From Eledone cirrhosa (taxonomy: Eukaryota), in NCBI GenBank assembly GCA_964016885.1, contig OZ024741.1:295430001-295494000 (forward strand): 64,000 nucleotides of DNA, written 5' to 3'. A program made the translations under genes and the position numbers. The notes beneath the pieces are model-generated. The model made no database searches. It saw only the letters and a list, made by a program, of their open reading frames with translations, and was not told the DNA's origin. Positions within the stretch are counted from its first letter, which is position 1. Each line of letters opens with the position of its first letter. Below are positions 1 to 12,977 of the stretch, in pieces.

Positions 1-230
1 ACATGTCAATCCTGTTCATGTAAATAGGAGAGGTGACAGTATGCACCCTTGGTGGAATGCGACTCGTACATTGAAGGCTTTCGACTTAGCATCATTTATC
101 CAAACACAAGTGCTTGGGCATTCATATGGAAACATCGGGGTGGCAAGGAACTGACCATCGATCCCCTACTCTTGCAGAACCTTCCACAGCAGGTCCTTAG
201 GAACCTGGTCATATACCTTTTCATGGTCCC
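1..230 (-). mobile_element. Degenerate non-LTR retrotransposon RT fragment
   Basis: Minus-strand translation gives EKVYDQVPKDLLWKVLQE and FHQGCILSPLLF (RT motifs A and B); the frame is broken. Confidence 0.75.
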
Positions 231-291
231 ATAAGGGAGTAATTAACAAATTTACTGAGGACATATATATACACACATATATATATATATA

Positions 292-748
292 TATTAGTAT
301 TGATGCTCTGAAATAGCGATATATACATGAATGTATGTATAGTATATTTAGCAATATACTGTATGTTTAAAAACATTTTGAAGACCATTCGACATGAGTT
401 TTAAAGTAGTAACTATGTCACTTACTTATTTTCGTCAAAAACTAAGAGAGAGTGATCGACAATCTGTTTCTCGCTGGTTAGCGTTTATCAAGACCACACA
501 CTCCCCTGTCTTTGCCGAAAATTATAGAAGCTGGATTCTTATAGAATTCCAGTAATATTTAAGAGCTGATTAAACAGAGCAATTGCCAGCGCATCAAAAA
601 TTAGGTATTAGTATTGGTGCTGCTTTTTGCCGAAAATAAGTTAGTAATATAGTCACTAATTTAAAACTCATAGTGAATGGTTTTCAAAATGTTTTTAATA
701 AACATACAGTATATTAGCAAATATACTATATATACATTCATATATATA
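292..748 (-). mobile_element. Diverged hammerhead-containing repeat unit plus inverted partial copy (Penelope-like or retrozyme-type)
   Basis: Shares blocks with the 312-bp unit at 11951-13181 (ATGCTCTGAAATAGCGATATATA, CTTATAGAAT, AGAGC..TTGCC). 625-748 is an imperfect inverted copy of about 320-441. Flanked by (TA)n. Confidence 0.75.
452..497 (-). ncRNA. Type I hammerhead ribozyme motif, U3-A8 variant
   Basis: Minus strand: GTGGTC-TTGATAA-aCGCTaaccAGCGa-GAAA-CagattG-TC-GATCAC. Stems I, II and III pair; GUC cleavage triplet. Confidence 0.65.
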
Positions 749-916
749 TATGAGGGAGTCCAACCATTACTCAATGAAGGAATTAATAAGAATCAATGAG
801 TCATAATCCACTTACCACCACCCTTCTATTAACGGCATATATGTATATATTTATATGCATATATATATATACATATATACATGTATATACATACATATAT
901 ACAATATATATATACA

Positions 917-1215
917 TCATCATCATCATCATCAATTAATGGCTATCTTCCACGCTAACATGGGTTAGATGGGTTTGTCCCATTTAGAGGCAAGCTGAGT
1001 CAGGTGACCATGTCTCGCTCATATAGGTGTGTTTCTGACTGGTTTTTTATGGCTGAATGCCCTTCCTAACACCAACCATATTGACAATGTGTGCTGGGTG
1101 CTTTTTGTCGTGCCTTTTACATGACCACTTTACAGTGTGGGTTGGGTGCATTTTGTTGTGTCACCTACACAACCACTTTACAGAGTGATCTGGATATTTT
1201 GTGGTACCGGCATAA
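917..1215 (-). mobile_element. Older RTE 3' UTR fragment with (CAT)n tail
   Basis: Contains GCCCTTCCTAACACCAACC and the 48-bp 3' UTR subrepeats seen in the other RTE copies. Confidence 0.7.
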
Positions 1216-1216
1216 T

Positions 1217-3747
1217 ATCATCATCATCATCATCATCACCGTTTTACGTCCGTTCTTCCACGCTAGCATGGGTTAGACGGGTTGTCCTGTTGTGTGCAGT
1301 GTCTGGTCGGCTGACCATGTCTTGCTCATACAGGAACTGATCTGGCTTGATTTCTACAGCTGGATGCCCTTCCTAACACCAACCTCATTTACAGTGAGTG
1401 CTGGGTGCTTTTTCGTGGCGCCTACACGTCCACTTTACAGTGTGGGCTGGGTGCTTTTTTGCCGTGGCACCTCCACGACCACCTTGCGGTGGGGGGTGTG
1501 GGGGCATATTGTTTATATGCTTCAGCATGTACCCATGGGAGGTCAGGTACTCTGTATTACTGCGTGACGCCAGAAGTCACGGTCGTGTGTCATTGTCTTT
1601 GAGAGGTGTAATTGGGTAAGGTCGGCTTTTATCACCTCATTCCAGGTCATCTTGGGTCTCCCCACTCCGCGGTTTCCATCAACTACTAGTGCTCTGCACC
1701 TTTTTATGCAGCTGTCATCCTTCATACGCATCACATGTCCATACCAGCGCAACCGCCTCTCCTGCACACAGCATTTGATTCCTCTTATGCTCAGTCTCTC
1801 TCTCAATTCATTTATGCTTTGTTGTTCACGTATATTACTGTTACACATCCATCGGAGCATTCAGGCTTCGTTTCTCTCTAATCTACGTAAGTCTTCCACC
1901 TTCAGCGCCCAGGTCTCACTACCATGCAACATCGCTGTTCGGATACACGCATCATACAGTCTGCCTTTCATTCTGAGGGAGAAGCCTTTTGCAGCTAGCA
2001 GTGGTAGTAGTTCCCTAAACTTCTTCCATCCCGTTCTTACCCTAGTTATTGTACTTTCTGAACACCCACCTCCATTGCTAATTCGGTCACCTAGGTAGCA
2101 GAAGCTGTCTACTGTTTCTACAGGGCCCTCCCAGAGATTGGTGGTACTTGTTTCCTGTGGCTGTTTGCTGCTTGCTGTTTCAGCACAGCTGCTGCATGTG
2201 AATCCTACATTCTTAATTAAGCTTCCTGAGATCCCGCTACATCTCTTGTGTACCCATTGTTTGCATTTGGGGCAGAGAATGGAGTTCCTACCTACACCTT
2301 TCCTACATACTGAGCAAGGCCATTTCCCTGAGGGGATCTGGGTTCTGTTTTCTCGTCTACTTACAAGGACCTTAGTCTTTGTCATGTTGACTTTGAGACC
2401 CTTTCTCTCTAGTCCCTGCTTCCAGGTTTGGAATTTATTCTCTAGTTCTATCATAGATTCAGCTATGAGTGCGAGGTCATCAGCATACAGGAGTTCCCAT
2501 GGGCATCCAGTCTTAAATTCCTCCGTTATTGCCTGCAGGACTATGATGAACAGGAGAGGGCTAAGAACAGAGCCCTGGTGGACCCCAACCTGTACGCTAA
2601 ATTCCTCGCTATACTCATTGCTAATCCTAACTTTGCTGACTGCTCCCCTATACATGGCTTGTACCGCTTTCACAAGCCATTCATCTACTCCTAGTTTTCT
2701 AAGAGCCCACCAGATTACAGCACGTGGAACTCTGTCAAAGGCTTTCTCAAGGTCGACAAATGCCAAGTAGAGTGGCTTACTTTTAGCTAGGTACTTTTCC
2801 TGTAATTGCCTCACAAGGAAGAGGGCATCAGTGGTGCCTCTTCCTGGTACAAACCCAAATTGCATCTCGTCTATATTCACCCGGTCCCTAATCAGCTGTG
2901 CTATAACTCTTTCTGTTACTTTCATGACCTGGTCCATCAACTTTATACCTCTATAGTTTCCTCTATCTAGTGCGTCGCCTTTGCCTTTGTAGCAGTTGAC
3001 AATGATGCTACTGCACCAATCTTTTGGTATGGCCCCTTCTAGTATTACCTGGTTAACGATACGTGTGGTTATAGTGTGACCTACAGACCCAGATGCCTTC
3101 AGCATCTTGGCAGCTATACCCGATGGACCGGTTGCCTTCCCCATCTTCATATCTCTGATTGCCTTACTTACTACGCTGCCGCTGACTTGTACTGCTGGTC
3201 CCTCTATAGGGTCTACTTGGGGTAGGGTCTCTTCTTCCCATGCATTCTCCTCATTTAGTAATCTATCATAATGACTCTTCCATGCATCTTTCTTCTCAGC
3301 ACTTGTGAGGGCAAGCTCACCTTTATCATTCCGGATACACTTCTCTCCAATGACATCACAACTATCTCTGACACACTGCCTCGCAATCTTGAATACCTCC
3401 TGTTTCTGGTCCTCACGTTGTAAAACATGCTTGAATTTTCTATCCTCTGCTTCCCTCCTAGCTAAGTATACTTGTCGCCTAGCTTCCCTCTTGGTCTCTA
3501 TGTAATGTACCCTGCTCCCCCCGTTCTTCCATTCTTTCCATGCCTGTCTCTTGGCCCTGACTGCTTCATCTACCTTATTGTTCCACCACCAAGTCACTCT
3601 CCTCCTGCTTGAGGTCTTACTCCAGCCACAGACCTCGTCCGTCGCCTCTAGTAAATTATTTTTTAGGAACTCCCAGTTCTCTTCTACATTAAATGTCTGT
3701 ATCTGTTCTTCTTTACTGTCGTAGGCGTTGAGTAAAATATCTTTAAA
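1217..3747 (-). mobile_element. 5'-truncated RTE-clade LINE (RT plus PHD-like finger), one premature stop
   Basis: ORFs 1861-3828 and 1543-1860 contain FVDLEKAFDRV, HQGSVLSPLLF, YADD and RRLRWYGHVMR. TGA at 1861 replaces the TGC of the sister copy. (CAT)n tail at 1217; no APE domain. Confidence 0.95.
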
Positions 3748-3786
3748 ATATACATATATATATATATATGCATGTATCATGATAAT

Positions 3787-3914
3787 TGTTTCTACTTTTA
3801 GCACAAGGCCAGCAATTACCCAGTACATTACTGGTACTTTATTTTATCGACCCCGTAAGGATGAAAGGCAAAGTTAACCTCGGCCTTTCATCCTTACGGG
3901 GTCGATAAAATAAA
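3787..3914 (-). mobile_element. 5'-truncated SINE with fold-back end and 15-bp TSD
   Basis: SINE core TTTATCGACCCCGTAAGGATGAAAGGC; direct repeat ATGTATCATGATAAT at 3772-3786 and 3914-3928. Confidence 0.85.
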
Positions 3915-4001
3915 TGTATCATGATAATGATAGACATATATATATATATCTGCATGCATATACACACATCATACATACACATACCATATATACCATATAT
4001 A

Positions 4002-4522
4002 TCATCATCCTTGTTGCTTAACGTCCATCTTCATAGGTAGGATTGATTGACCCTTAGGTAGAAAAACAGACGAGAGGACCATGTTTAGCTCACCCAGGGC
4101 AGACATTGGCTTCGTTTCCACAGCTCGATGCCTTTCCTACCACCAACCATCTTTACAGTGGGGACTAGGCACATTTGTCTTGGGACTAGGGAGTGGCGGA
4201 GGAAACTTGGGAAATTGCGGACATAGGTAATAGGGGAGGGGTGGTTACTGCAAAGGGAGGTGTATGAGAGGGGATAAGGTTGAGGAAGGTGTTGCCTACT
4301 AGGTATAAGCCTCAGCCGAAGAATAACAGAGGGTGGGTCTTCTGTAATACTGCATAGCGCCAGAGGCTGCAGTCCTGAGAGAGGTGTAATTGTGTAAGGT
4401 CAGCTTTTATTACTTCATCCCAAGTCTTCCTAGGCCTGCCCGCTCCATGGCTACCATCAACTTTGAGTGCTCTGCATCTTTTTATACAGCTGTCATCCTT
4501 CATATACATCACATGTCCATGT
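4002..4522 (-). mobile_element. Old RTE 3' fragment
   Basis: ORF 4312-4512 [13 protein letters not shown]...[15 protein letters not shown] matches the RTE C-terminus. Confidence 0.8.
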
Positions 4523-4524
4523 GC

Positions 4525-4559
4525 TATATATATATATATTTCTCTATATATAGAGAGAG

Positions 4560-4651
<92 letters not shown>

Positions 4652-4657
4652 ATATAT

Positions 4658-4730
<73 letters not shown>

Positions 4731-4733
4731 ATT

Positions 4734-4807
<74 letters not shown>

Positions 4808-4900
4808 TACATATGTATATTTATATATATATAGAGAGAGAGAGAAATATATATATACATATGTATATTTATATACATCTATATATCTGTATATATATAT

Positions 4901-4935
<35 letters not shown>
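4525..4935. repeat. Interrupted (TA)n microsatellite
   Basis: About 400 bp of TA with periodic TT interruptions. Confidence 0.95.
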
Positions 4936-4944
<9 letters not shown>

Positions 4945-5887
4945 GCATTGACAAATTCTGGACAAATAGATTTAACAATCCATCATCAAGAAAAAGCTTA
5001 CATAAGTCCACCATCAGCAGCCCTTCCTTTTATATATGAGAACAGAATGAGAGACAGACTGAGAGAGAGGGGGCAGCAGTGAGAGCGGGAAGAAGAGGAG
5101 AAGAGAGCTAGAGAGAGTGAGAGAGAAAGGAAGAGAGCAGGAGAGGGAGGAAGAAAGATTGAAAGAGAGAGAGAGAGACTGACTGCCACTGGTGTTATTG
5201 CATTGATTATTGGCATAATCTTGTATATACTGGTCTACAGCAGGTTTTTCAAAATGACATGTAATATAGATCATCTCTTTCTATTTTCTTTTAACTCGGT
5301 TTTCATAACTGACTTGAATGAATGAAGGCTGAACAAATGACACAAAAAAAAAAAAAAAAAAAAAATGGAAAAAAATTATTGGGTGTGGGAGTGGTATTGA
5401 GTTGGGTGGGGTGGAGGCATGTAGGCTACAATGGAGCTAGAAAATATGCCAAGAGAATTAATATCTCTCACCCACCCAACTACCCTTAAAAAGTATATTA
5501 TTGATTTCAGTATGTAAGCAGCTCTCCATGGGATAATAGTTGTACTGATCAATATCCATTCACTACAGAATGATACAAATTATAGATGTTAGTGGGGAGT
5601 TGATGGAGTATGACAAATAAAAGCCTTGCTTAAATTTTAGGTCAAAATATGTAAAATAAGATATTATTTCAACATTTTATAGTAACATTTTGTTTAATCT
5701 GCTATGAAATCTGTAAACAATTTTGTTCTTGAGTTCTTGAAAATAGTAAACTCTGCTGCCATTGATGACAATTGTCTTTTGTCATTTTATGTATTGATGC
5801 AGGCATGGATTTGTGGTTAAGGAGTTCAATTCTCTGAATTGAGAAATCGCAGCTCCGATATTACAAACATGTGGTTAGAATATCTGA

Positions 5888-5995
5888 GGAAAGAATCACT
5901 GGAAAGTTTTGAAGGGCAAAACCAACTGGCAGGAGACCCTGGGGAACACCCCAAGCAAGATGGTTGGAGGAGGAGGAGGAGAAGAAGAAGAAGAG
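5888..5995 (+). mobile_element. Short 3' fragment of a second RTE-like family with (GAA)n tail
   Basis: GGGCAAAACCAACTGGCAGGAGACCC...CAAGATGG (AKPTGRRP..RW). Homologues at about 6955-7070 (-), 42764-43023 and 48315-48571. Confidence 0.6.
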
Positions 5996-6571
5996 ACCTC
6001 TACTACACTCTTGGGTTGACCAACGTCTTGTGAGTGAAACTGTGTGGACACCCATTGCATATTTATTTAATCAATTTAAACGTCTGTATAGAGCTAGTAA
6101 GCCATGACAGACTAAGGAAAGTATCTAATACTGCTTATAGTTGAGAAACAAAAAAAATAAGATATACAGAGATAAGTGAATATAAAAATAAAAATTTGAA
6201 TTTAAAAAGAAAATGAAATTAAAATAACATAAAATAAAAATTAAAATAAAATAAATGTGAGACTGTGTGTGTGTGTTTGAGTGAGTGAGTCCTGTCAAAA
6301 GTATGTATGGTCCTGTAACTCATGACATACAGTGTTTTTTGAGAATATTAAGCCTGACGGAGCCCATCCCTCTCCAGGCCTGAGTAGAGCAGATTTCTTC
6401 CAGAGAAAGATAGAAAGTGAGAGATAGAAACTGAGAAAGTGATATAGAGGAAGAATCAACCCCAGTACAAGAATGGTACTTATTTTATCGACCTCAAAAG
6501 GATGAAGGGGAAAGTTGACCTCAGCGGGATTTGAACTCCGAGAGTAGAGAGCTGGAATGAATACCCTAAAG

Positions 6572-6899
6572 CAGGGGTCCACAACCCCCGGCCCGCGGGC
6601 CACATTCGACCCGCGAAGGGTTTCAATCTGGCTCACGAAGGCCTTTATCCTGTCCGCGAGGGTTCTAAAAAGAGTACAGTTTGCAATAAATTCGCACCCG
6701 ATCTATCGATATTGCCGAATAAAACAATGTTTAAATGTATTTTTCTGCTTGGGACAGCTCTAAGTATCAATAATCTAACATAAGAGATAAATAAATGATT
6801 ACTTATTTGTATATAAGTAGTATTAATTGCGCATCTGGCCTGCGGAGCCACCGCTGCATGGCTATCCGGCCCGCGGACCCAAAAGGTTGGGGACCTCTG
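6572..6899. mobile_element. hAT (Charlie-like) MITE inserted in a SINE
   Basis: TIRs CAGGGGTCCACAACC / GGTTGGGGACCTCTG; 8-bp TSD CCCTAAAG at 6564-6571 and 6900-6907; internal GGCCCGCG motifs. Confidence 0.9.
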
Positions 6900-7504
6900 C
6901 CCTAAAGCATTCTATCTGACGTTCTAACCTGTCAAAAGTAACCATCTCCAATTTATCCAGCTGGATCTCCAAGTGTGACCAGCTGCTGTTTGTGGATGCT
7001 AGCCAACAATCTTGCTCTGGGTGTATCCCTTGGCCTCTTGCCAGTTGGTTTTGCCCATAAAAGCTGTCCTCTGTGTATGTGTGTGTATTTATGTCCCATA
7101 AATTTACAGTTTTCCCCCGAAAAATAAATAAATAAAAACAAGGATATCAATAAAATAAGTATCAAATGTGAAAAAAAAGTACCGGTGTTAATATGTTCAA
7201 CTCAATCCCTTCATGGTGGTGTCCTAGCAGTCTAATAACAAACCAGTAAAAGAATAAAAATTAATGAATACTCTCTGTGGAGAGACTTTGTCAGGTATAT
7301 TCGACTGTGGTTGCAATGATGATGATGATGTGAATGCGTGTGTGGGAATGTGTATATATATATATAAAGAGCTATGAGTGTGTGGGGGGGGGGGTATATA
7401 TATAAAGAGCTGTGAATGTCTTTGTGTACGTGTAAGTAGATGTACATTTAAAAATATGAATGAATCCACATATGAGTTTGCAATTATTACGTAATGACAA
7501 GTTG

Positions 7505-7925
7505 ATCTCCAAGTATTTTATGTAGAATAGATTGTATGATGTCTGCATAAGAAGTGTGATGTTGCATGGTAGTGAGAGGTGGCCAGTGGATATAAAAGAC
7601 ATGCAAAGGTTGGAAAGAAATGAAGCAAACATGTTTTGATGGATATGTGATGTTAATGTACATGAGCAAAGAAGCATGGATTAACTGAGAAGAAAAACTA
7701 GAGTAAGTGAAATCATATCTAGCATGCAGGAGAGAAGGTTGCTCTGGTTTGGACATGTTATATATATAGAGCATGATAGAACATGATGAAGAAATACCAG
7801 AAGTTCCAGGTGGAAAGAAGCTGAGAAGAGGAAGACATGGGCAAAACGGATCACATGAAACTGTGTCACACTGATGAGATGAAACATAAAATACACAAGT
7901 AGAGAATGATGATCTCACAACGTGA
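7505..7925 (+). mobile_element. Highly decayed RTE 3' fragment
   Basis: Residual similarity to RLYDAC..MLHGSETW..LERNEA..RRLRWFGHV. Confidence 0.7.
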
Positions 7926-8015
7926 CGATGATGATGGTAATGGTGATGATGATTGTGGTGGTGATGATGATGATGACAATGATTGTGGTGGTGGTGATGA
8001 TGATGACGGTAATAG

Positions 8016-8053
<38 letters not shown>

Positions 8054-8147
8054 GTGGTTGTGGTGGCTGAGATGGTGGTGATGGTGGTGATGGTGATGAT
8101 GGTGATGATTGTGGTTGTTGGGGTGGTGGTTGGATGGTGGTGGTAGT
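7925..8147. repeat. (GAT/GGT)n compound microsatellite
   Basis: Seen directly; extends the (GAT)n tail of the preceding RTE fragment. Confidence 0.9.
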
Positions 8148-8302
8148 GACGTATGCCTGTATACAGTTGGAAATACACAAGTGGTGTGTATATACATATA
8201 ATAATATGTCTATGTGTCTGTTCATGTGTGTATGTATGAATTTGGTTGATTCTTTAACTATATTATTGAAATGAAATATCATTTGCACTTATCTGCATTC
8301 AA

Positions 8303-8490
8303 ATAATTGTTTCTACATTTTGGCACAAGGCCAGCAATTACCCAGTGCATTACTGGTACTTTACTTTATCGACCCCGTAAGGATGAAAGGCAAAGTCAAC
8401 CTCGGCGGGATTTGAACTCAGATCGTAAAGGGACGTAACTATGCTGGAAAGCATGGCGTCCGACCCTCTACCGATACTGCCAGTCCACTG
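8303..8490 (-). mobile_element. tRNA-derived SINE (Nin-like core, (ATT)n tail)
   Basis: A-box-like TGGCAGTATCGG, B-box GAGTTCAAATCC, core CTTTCATCCTTACGGGGTCGATAAA. Many copies in the window (about 11731, 21646, 25381, 30746, 33100-33545, 38351, 43180-43610, 46790-47465). Confidence 0.85.
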
Positions 8491-8812
8491 CATTGAAATA
8501 ATATCACATGAATCACTTATGGATGTGCATGTGTGAATATGCATGTTCACGCATGTACTTTTCAATGTATAAACACATACATATGCTCATGTGCTATACA
8601 TGAGAAATGTATGTACACACATTTGAGATTTGTGTTTTTGCATAATAACGTGTGTATTATGCAGGAGGACCAAATTTAGACATTGGGTAGCCCAGGGCAG
8701 TTCAGGTTTGGTGACGCCCCACCTTACTCCATATATACATATATATATATATGAGTTTGGAATTAGCTGTCAAAATGGCAAGAGCTCAGCCATCAAGCCT
8801 CAACTTTTCTAG

Positions 8813-8865
<53 letters not shown>

Positions 8866-9489
8866 ACACATAAGCAGGAAGAGAGAGAAAGAAAGAGAAG
8901 GGTGGCTCTTTTTGATGAGGGAGGCCCAGGGCATTCGCCCTTACTGCTCTCCAATAAAATCATTTTTGTGTTTTTGCATGAGTATTCATGTAAATATGTG
9001 TGTGTGTGTGCACCAGTGTGTGTATCAGTCTGCATGATTGTGAGTGTATGTGAGCATGTATGCATGAGTGTGCATATGAATGCTTGAGTGAGTATTTTCA
9101 TGCATGTTAATTAAAAAAACAGTTGCATACAAGTATACATCCATGAACATGTATATACAAGAAAAATGAAGTGACTATGTTTGTGTGTGTATATGTGTGT
9201 CCATGTATGTATAAGTATGTGTGTCTGCACATGTATGTGTACGTGCATGTATGTGAGTGTGTACTGTCTTTGAGCAAAACACTTTTTTTCACGTTTCTCC
9301 AATCAACTCAGCTGGAAAAAGGAGTTGTATGTTTATTGAAAGGGACAACTGTCACACACTGTATGATGCTGAATCTCCCTGAGAACTATGTATCTGTGGA
9401 ATACTCAGCCAGAAGCATATTTATTCCATATCAATGCATTTTCATTCATCAAACAATTGAAGCATTTTTGTGTCAGAATTGATGAAGAT

Positions 9490-11225
9490 GCATGTGTGTG
9501 TATGTATATATATGTGGGAGATGTGTGTGGTTTGTATGAATATGTTTGTGTGTGTGTGTGTGTGTGTTTGTATGTATGTATGAGTGCGTGTGTGTGTATG
9601 TGTGTATTTGTAAGCATGTGAATGTGTGTTATCGTGAATGTATGTATGTGTATACGTTTGTATGTGTGAGTGTGTGTGTATGTGTGTGTGTGAGTATGTG
9701 AATGTGTGTTATCATGAATGTCTGTTGTATGTGTGCATGTGTATATTTGTGTGTGTGTGTGTGTGAACATGTGAATGTCTGTTGTATGTGTGCGTATATA
9801 TGTTCGTATGTATAAGTGTGTGTAGGTGTGAGCAAGTGAATGTGTGTTATCATGAATGTCTAGCGTATGTGTGTGTATATTTGTGTGTGTGTGTGTGAGC
9901 ATGTGAATGTGTGTTATCATGAATGTCTGTTATGTGTGTGTGTGTATATGTTTGTATGTATGAGTGTGTGTGTATATGTTTGCATGTATGAGTGTGTGTA
10001 TTTGTATGTATGTTTGTATGAATGAGTGTCTGTGTATGTATGTTTGTATGTATGTATGTATGTATGTATGTATGTATGTATGAAAGAGAGAGAGAGTGTA
10101 TGTGTGTTTGTATATGTTTGTATGTATGTGTGTGTGCGTGTGTGTGTGTGTGTGCATGTGTGTAAATGTCTCAAGAAAAAATCAGTAATTTGATGTGTGT
10201 TACTCAATACCCAGCAGCTGATAGATTGATTGATAGATTGATAGATTGATGGATTGATTGATCTGATCTCTGTAATCCATGTGGTGAGAAAAAGGGGAAA
10301 TGTTTCTATATCTATGACCAATTATGTTACAGCTTCATCTTACACTATTTCATTAACAGAGAAATATATATACAGTCAGTCTATATACACAGAGGCAATC
10401 AACACACAGGCACATACACATACATCCGCATATAAATATATACCACATCCAATTATACACCACACACAGAGACATTCAACACACAGGCACATACACACAC
10501 ACACACATATTATCATCATCATCATCATCATCATTTCAATTTATGTCCCCTTTTTCCCTGCTTGCAAGGGTGGGACGGGAACTGATTCTGGCTTGATTTC
10601 TACAGCTGGATGCCCTTCCTAACACCAACCTCATTTACAGTGAGTGCTGGGTGCTTTTTTGCCGTGGCACCTCCACGACCACTTTGCAGTGGAATGATAT
10701 GGACCCCAGTCCCTATCATCTCATTTCTACAGCTGAGTAAACTGGAGCAATGTGAAATAAAGTGTCTTGCTCAAGGAAACAACACATCGCCCGGTCTGAG
10801 AATTGAACTCACAACCTTTCGATTGCAAGGCCAATGCTCTAACCACTAAGCCATGTGGCTCCCCATTGCTTATATAAATATATACAACACACATACAATT
10901 ATACACCACACATGGACATTCAATACACGGGCACATACACACACACACATACATATGCACAAATATATACCACACACATACAATCATATACCACCCAGAG
11001 ACATTCAACACACATGCACATACACATACATGCACACACACTGAGAAATATATATACCACACACATACAATCATACACCACACACAGAGACATTCAACAC
11101 ACATGCACACACATACACACGCACATACTCACACATACACACGCACATACACACACACATACATACAAATATATACCACACACATACAATCATACACCAT
11201 ACAGAGAGACATTCAATACACATTC
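9490..11225. repeat. CA/GT-rich compound micro/minisatellite region
   Basis: Recurring units such as ATGTGAATGTGTGTTATCATGAATGTC and ACCACACACATACAATCATACACC among dinucleotide runs. Confidence 0.8.
10512..10864 (-). mobile_element. tRNA-derived SINE with RTE-derived 3' tail
   Basis: Head TGGCTTAGTGGTTAGAGC...GAGTTCAATTC; tail matches the RTE 3' UTR; (GAT)n end. Near-identical copies at 24787-25133 and 29269-29611. Confidence 0.9.
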
Positions 11226-11715
11226 AGAGACACCATCCTCAATATCCACTGAAGTGATTTTGTCACCAATGATGTAATCCTTGAATGGGCAGATATGACC
11301 AGCATTGTGGCCATGCTGCTGAAGTCCCAACAATTTTGGGCAGGGCACATCTCCAGGACGAAGGATCATCATCTGCCCAGGGGGCATCACCAAAGAAGCA
11401 ATAAAAGGACTGTTTGAAAAAATCCCTTGGTGCCTGTCATATTGACCATCACTGGTTCACTCTAACTGAGAACCGTGTTGCCTCACCATCAACCATGCTG
11501 TCTCCACCTTCAAAAACACATGCAGAGCCACCCTCAAGAGCAAAAGTCACAGGAGGAAGAACCACAACACTGACCAAACCCTGACCAGACATTTGGCTGC
11601 AGTCACTACAGGTATGCGTGCCTGTCCCACATTGGCCTGAACAGCCACAGGCATTCTTGCAGCCAATGTAGACCACCCCCTTCTTAATCTCCATTAACAA
11701 ACCAAAGCCATGATG
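11226..11715 (+). mobile_element. Degenerate RTE-BovB-like 3' fragment
   Basis: Plus-strand translation LEWADMTSIVAMLLKSQQFWAGHISR, then KDCLKKSLGACHID and a C-terminal ACLSHIGLNSH zinc-finger remnant. Confidence 0.75.
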
Positions 11716-12073
11716 AAATACATATATATAATAATAATTATTATTATTTCTACTTTTGGCACAAGGCCAGCAATCACCCAGTACATTACTGGTACTTTAT
11801 TTTATCGACCCCGTAAGGATGAAAGGCAAAGTTAACCTCGGCGGGATTTGAACTCAGACCATAAAGGGGCGTAACTCTTTAATAATAATTGTTTCTACTA
11901 TTGGCACAAGGCCAGAAATTACCCAGTACAATAATAATATATATATATATGAAGGCAAACATAGAATATTCGAAAATATTCTGTGTTTATAATAAACATT
12001 TCGAAGACCCAATCGCTATAGAATAGAATACGTCACGTATTACAATTTGAGATTCTTGATAAAAGCAAGGGAA

Positions 12074-12116
12074 GTAACCTACGCGTTTCATTCTTATTAG
12101 AAATCATCAGGATTAC
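12074..12116 (-). ncRNA. Type I hammerhead ribozyme motif, copy 1
   Basis: GTAATC-CTGATGA-tTTCTaataAGAAt-GAAA-CGCG-TA-GGTTAC on the minus strand. Confidence 0.8.
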
Positions 12117-12385
12117 ATATCCAGTGCTTTTATCGAGAATGACACAGCTAGAGACTTATAGAATACTTAGCTGTGTACAGGAACTGGTTTGAAAGAGCGG
12201 TTGCCGGTCCGGCAGAAATTATAATTTGGATATAATGCTCTGAAATAGCGATATATATGTGAAGGCAAACATAGAATATTCGAAAATATTCTGTATGTTT
12301 ATAATAAACATTTCGAAGACCCAATCGCTATAGAATAGAATACGTCACGTATTACAATTTGAGATTCTCGATAAAAGCAAGGGAA

Positions 12386-12428
12386 GTAACCTACGCGTTT
12401 CATTCTTATTAGAAATCATCAGGATTAC
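12386..12428 (-). ncRNA. Type I hammerhead ribozyme motif, copy 2
   Basis: Identical core to copy 1. Confidence 0.8.
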
Positions 12429-12697
12429 ATATCCAGTGCTTTTATCGAGAATGACACAGCTAGAGACTTATAGAATACTTAGCTGTGTACAGGAACTGGT
12501 TTGAAAGAGCGGTTGCCGGTCCGGCAGAAATTAGAATTTGGATATAATGCTCTGAAATAGCGATATATATGTGAAGGCAAACATAGAATATTCGAAAATA
12601 TTCTGTATGTTTATAATAAACATTTCGAAGACCCAATCGCTATAGAATAGAATACGTCACGTATTACAATTTGAGATTCTCGATAAAAGCAAGGGAA

Positions 12698-12740
12698 GTA
12701 ACCTACGCGTTTCATTCTTATTAGAAATCATCAGGATTAC
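12698..12740 (-). ncRNA. Type I hammerhead ribozyme motif, copy 3
   Basis: Identical core to copy 1. Confidence 0.8.
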
Positions 12741-12977
12741 ATATCCAGTGCTTTTATCGAGAATGACACAGCTAGAGACTTATAGAATACTTAGCTGTGT
12801 ACAGGAACTTGTTTGAAAGAGCGGTTGCCGGTCCGGCAGAAATTAGAATTTGGATATAATGCTCTGAAATTCTAATTTCTGCCGGACCGGCAACCGCTCT
12901 TTTAAACCAGTTCCTGTACACAGCTAAGTATTCTATAAGTCTCTAGCTGTGTCATTCTCGATAAAAGCACTGGATAT

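Noticed and set aside
1652-2770. Antisense ORFs recurring in RTE and Dong copies
   Set aside because: Shadow frames of LINE coding sequence; they recur only because the copies are similar.
7871-7890. CTGATGAgatGAAAC hammerhead-like core
   Set aside because: No stem II and no closing stem I or III; lies in decayed RTE sequence.
4390-11277. Numerous YI-, HT-, VC- and poly-H/M ORFs
   Set aside because: Translations of microsatellites.
11449-11700. Cys-rich minus-strand ORF resembling a metal-binding protein
   Set aside because: It is the antisense of a BovB-like LINE fragment.
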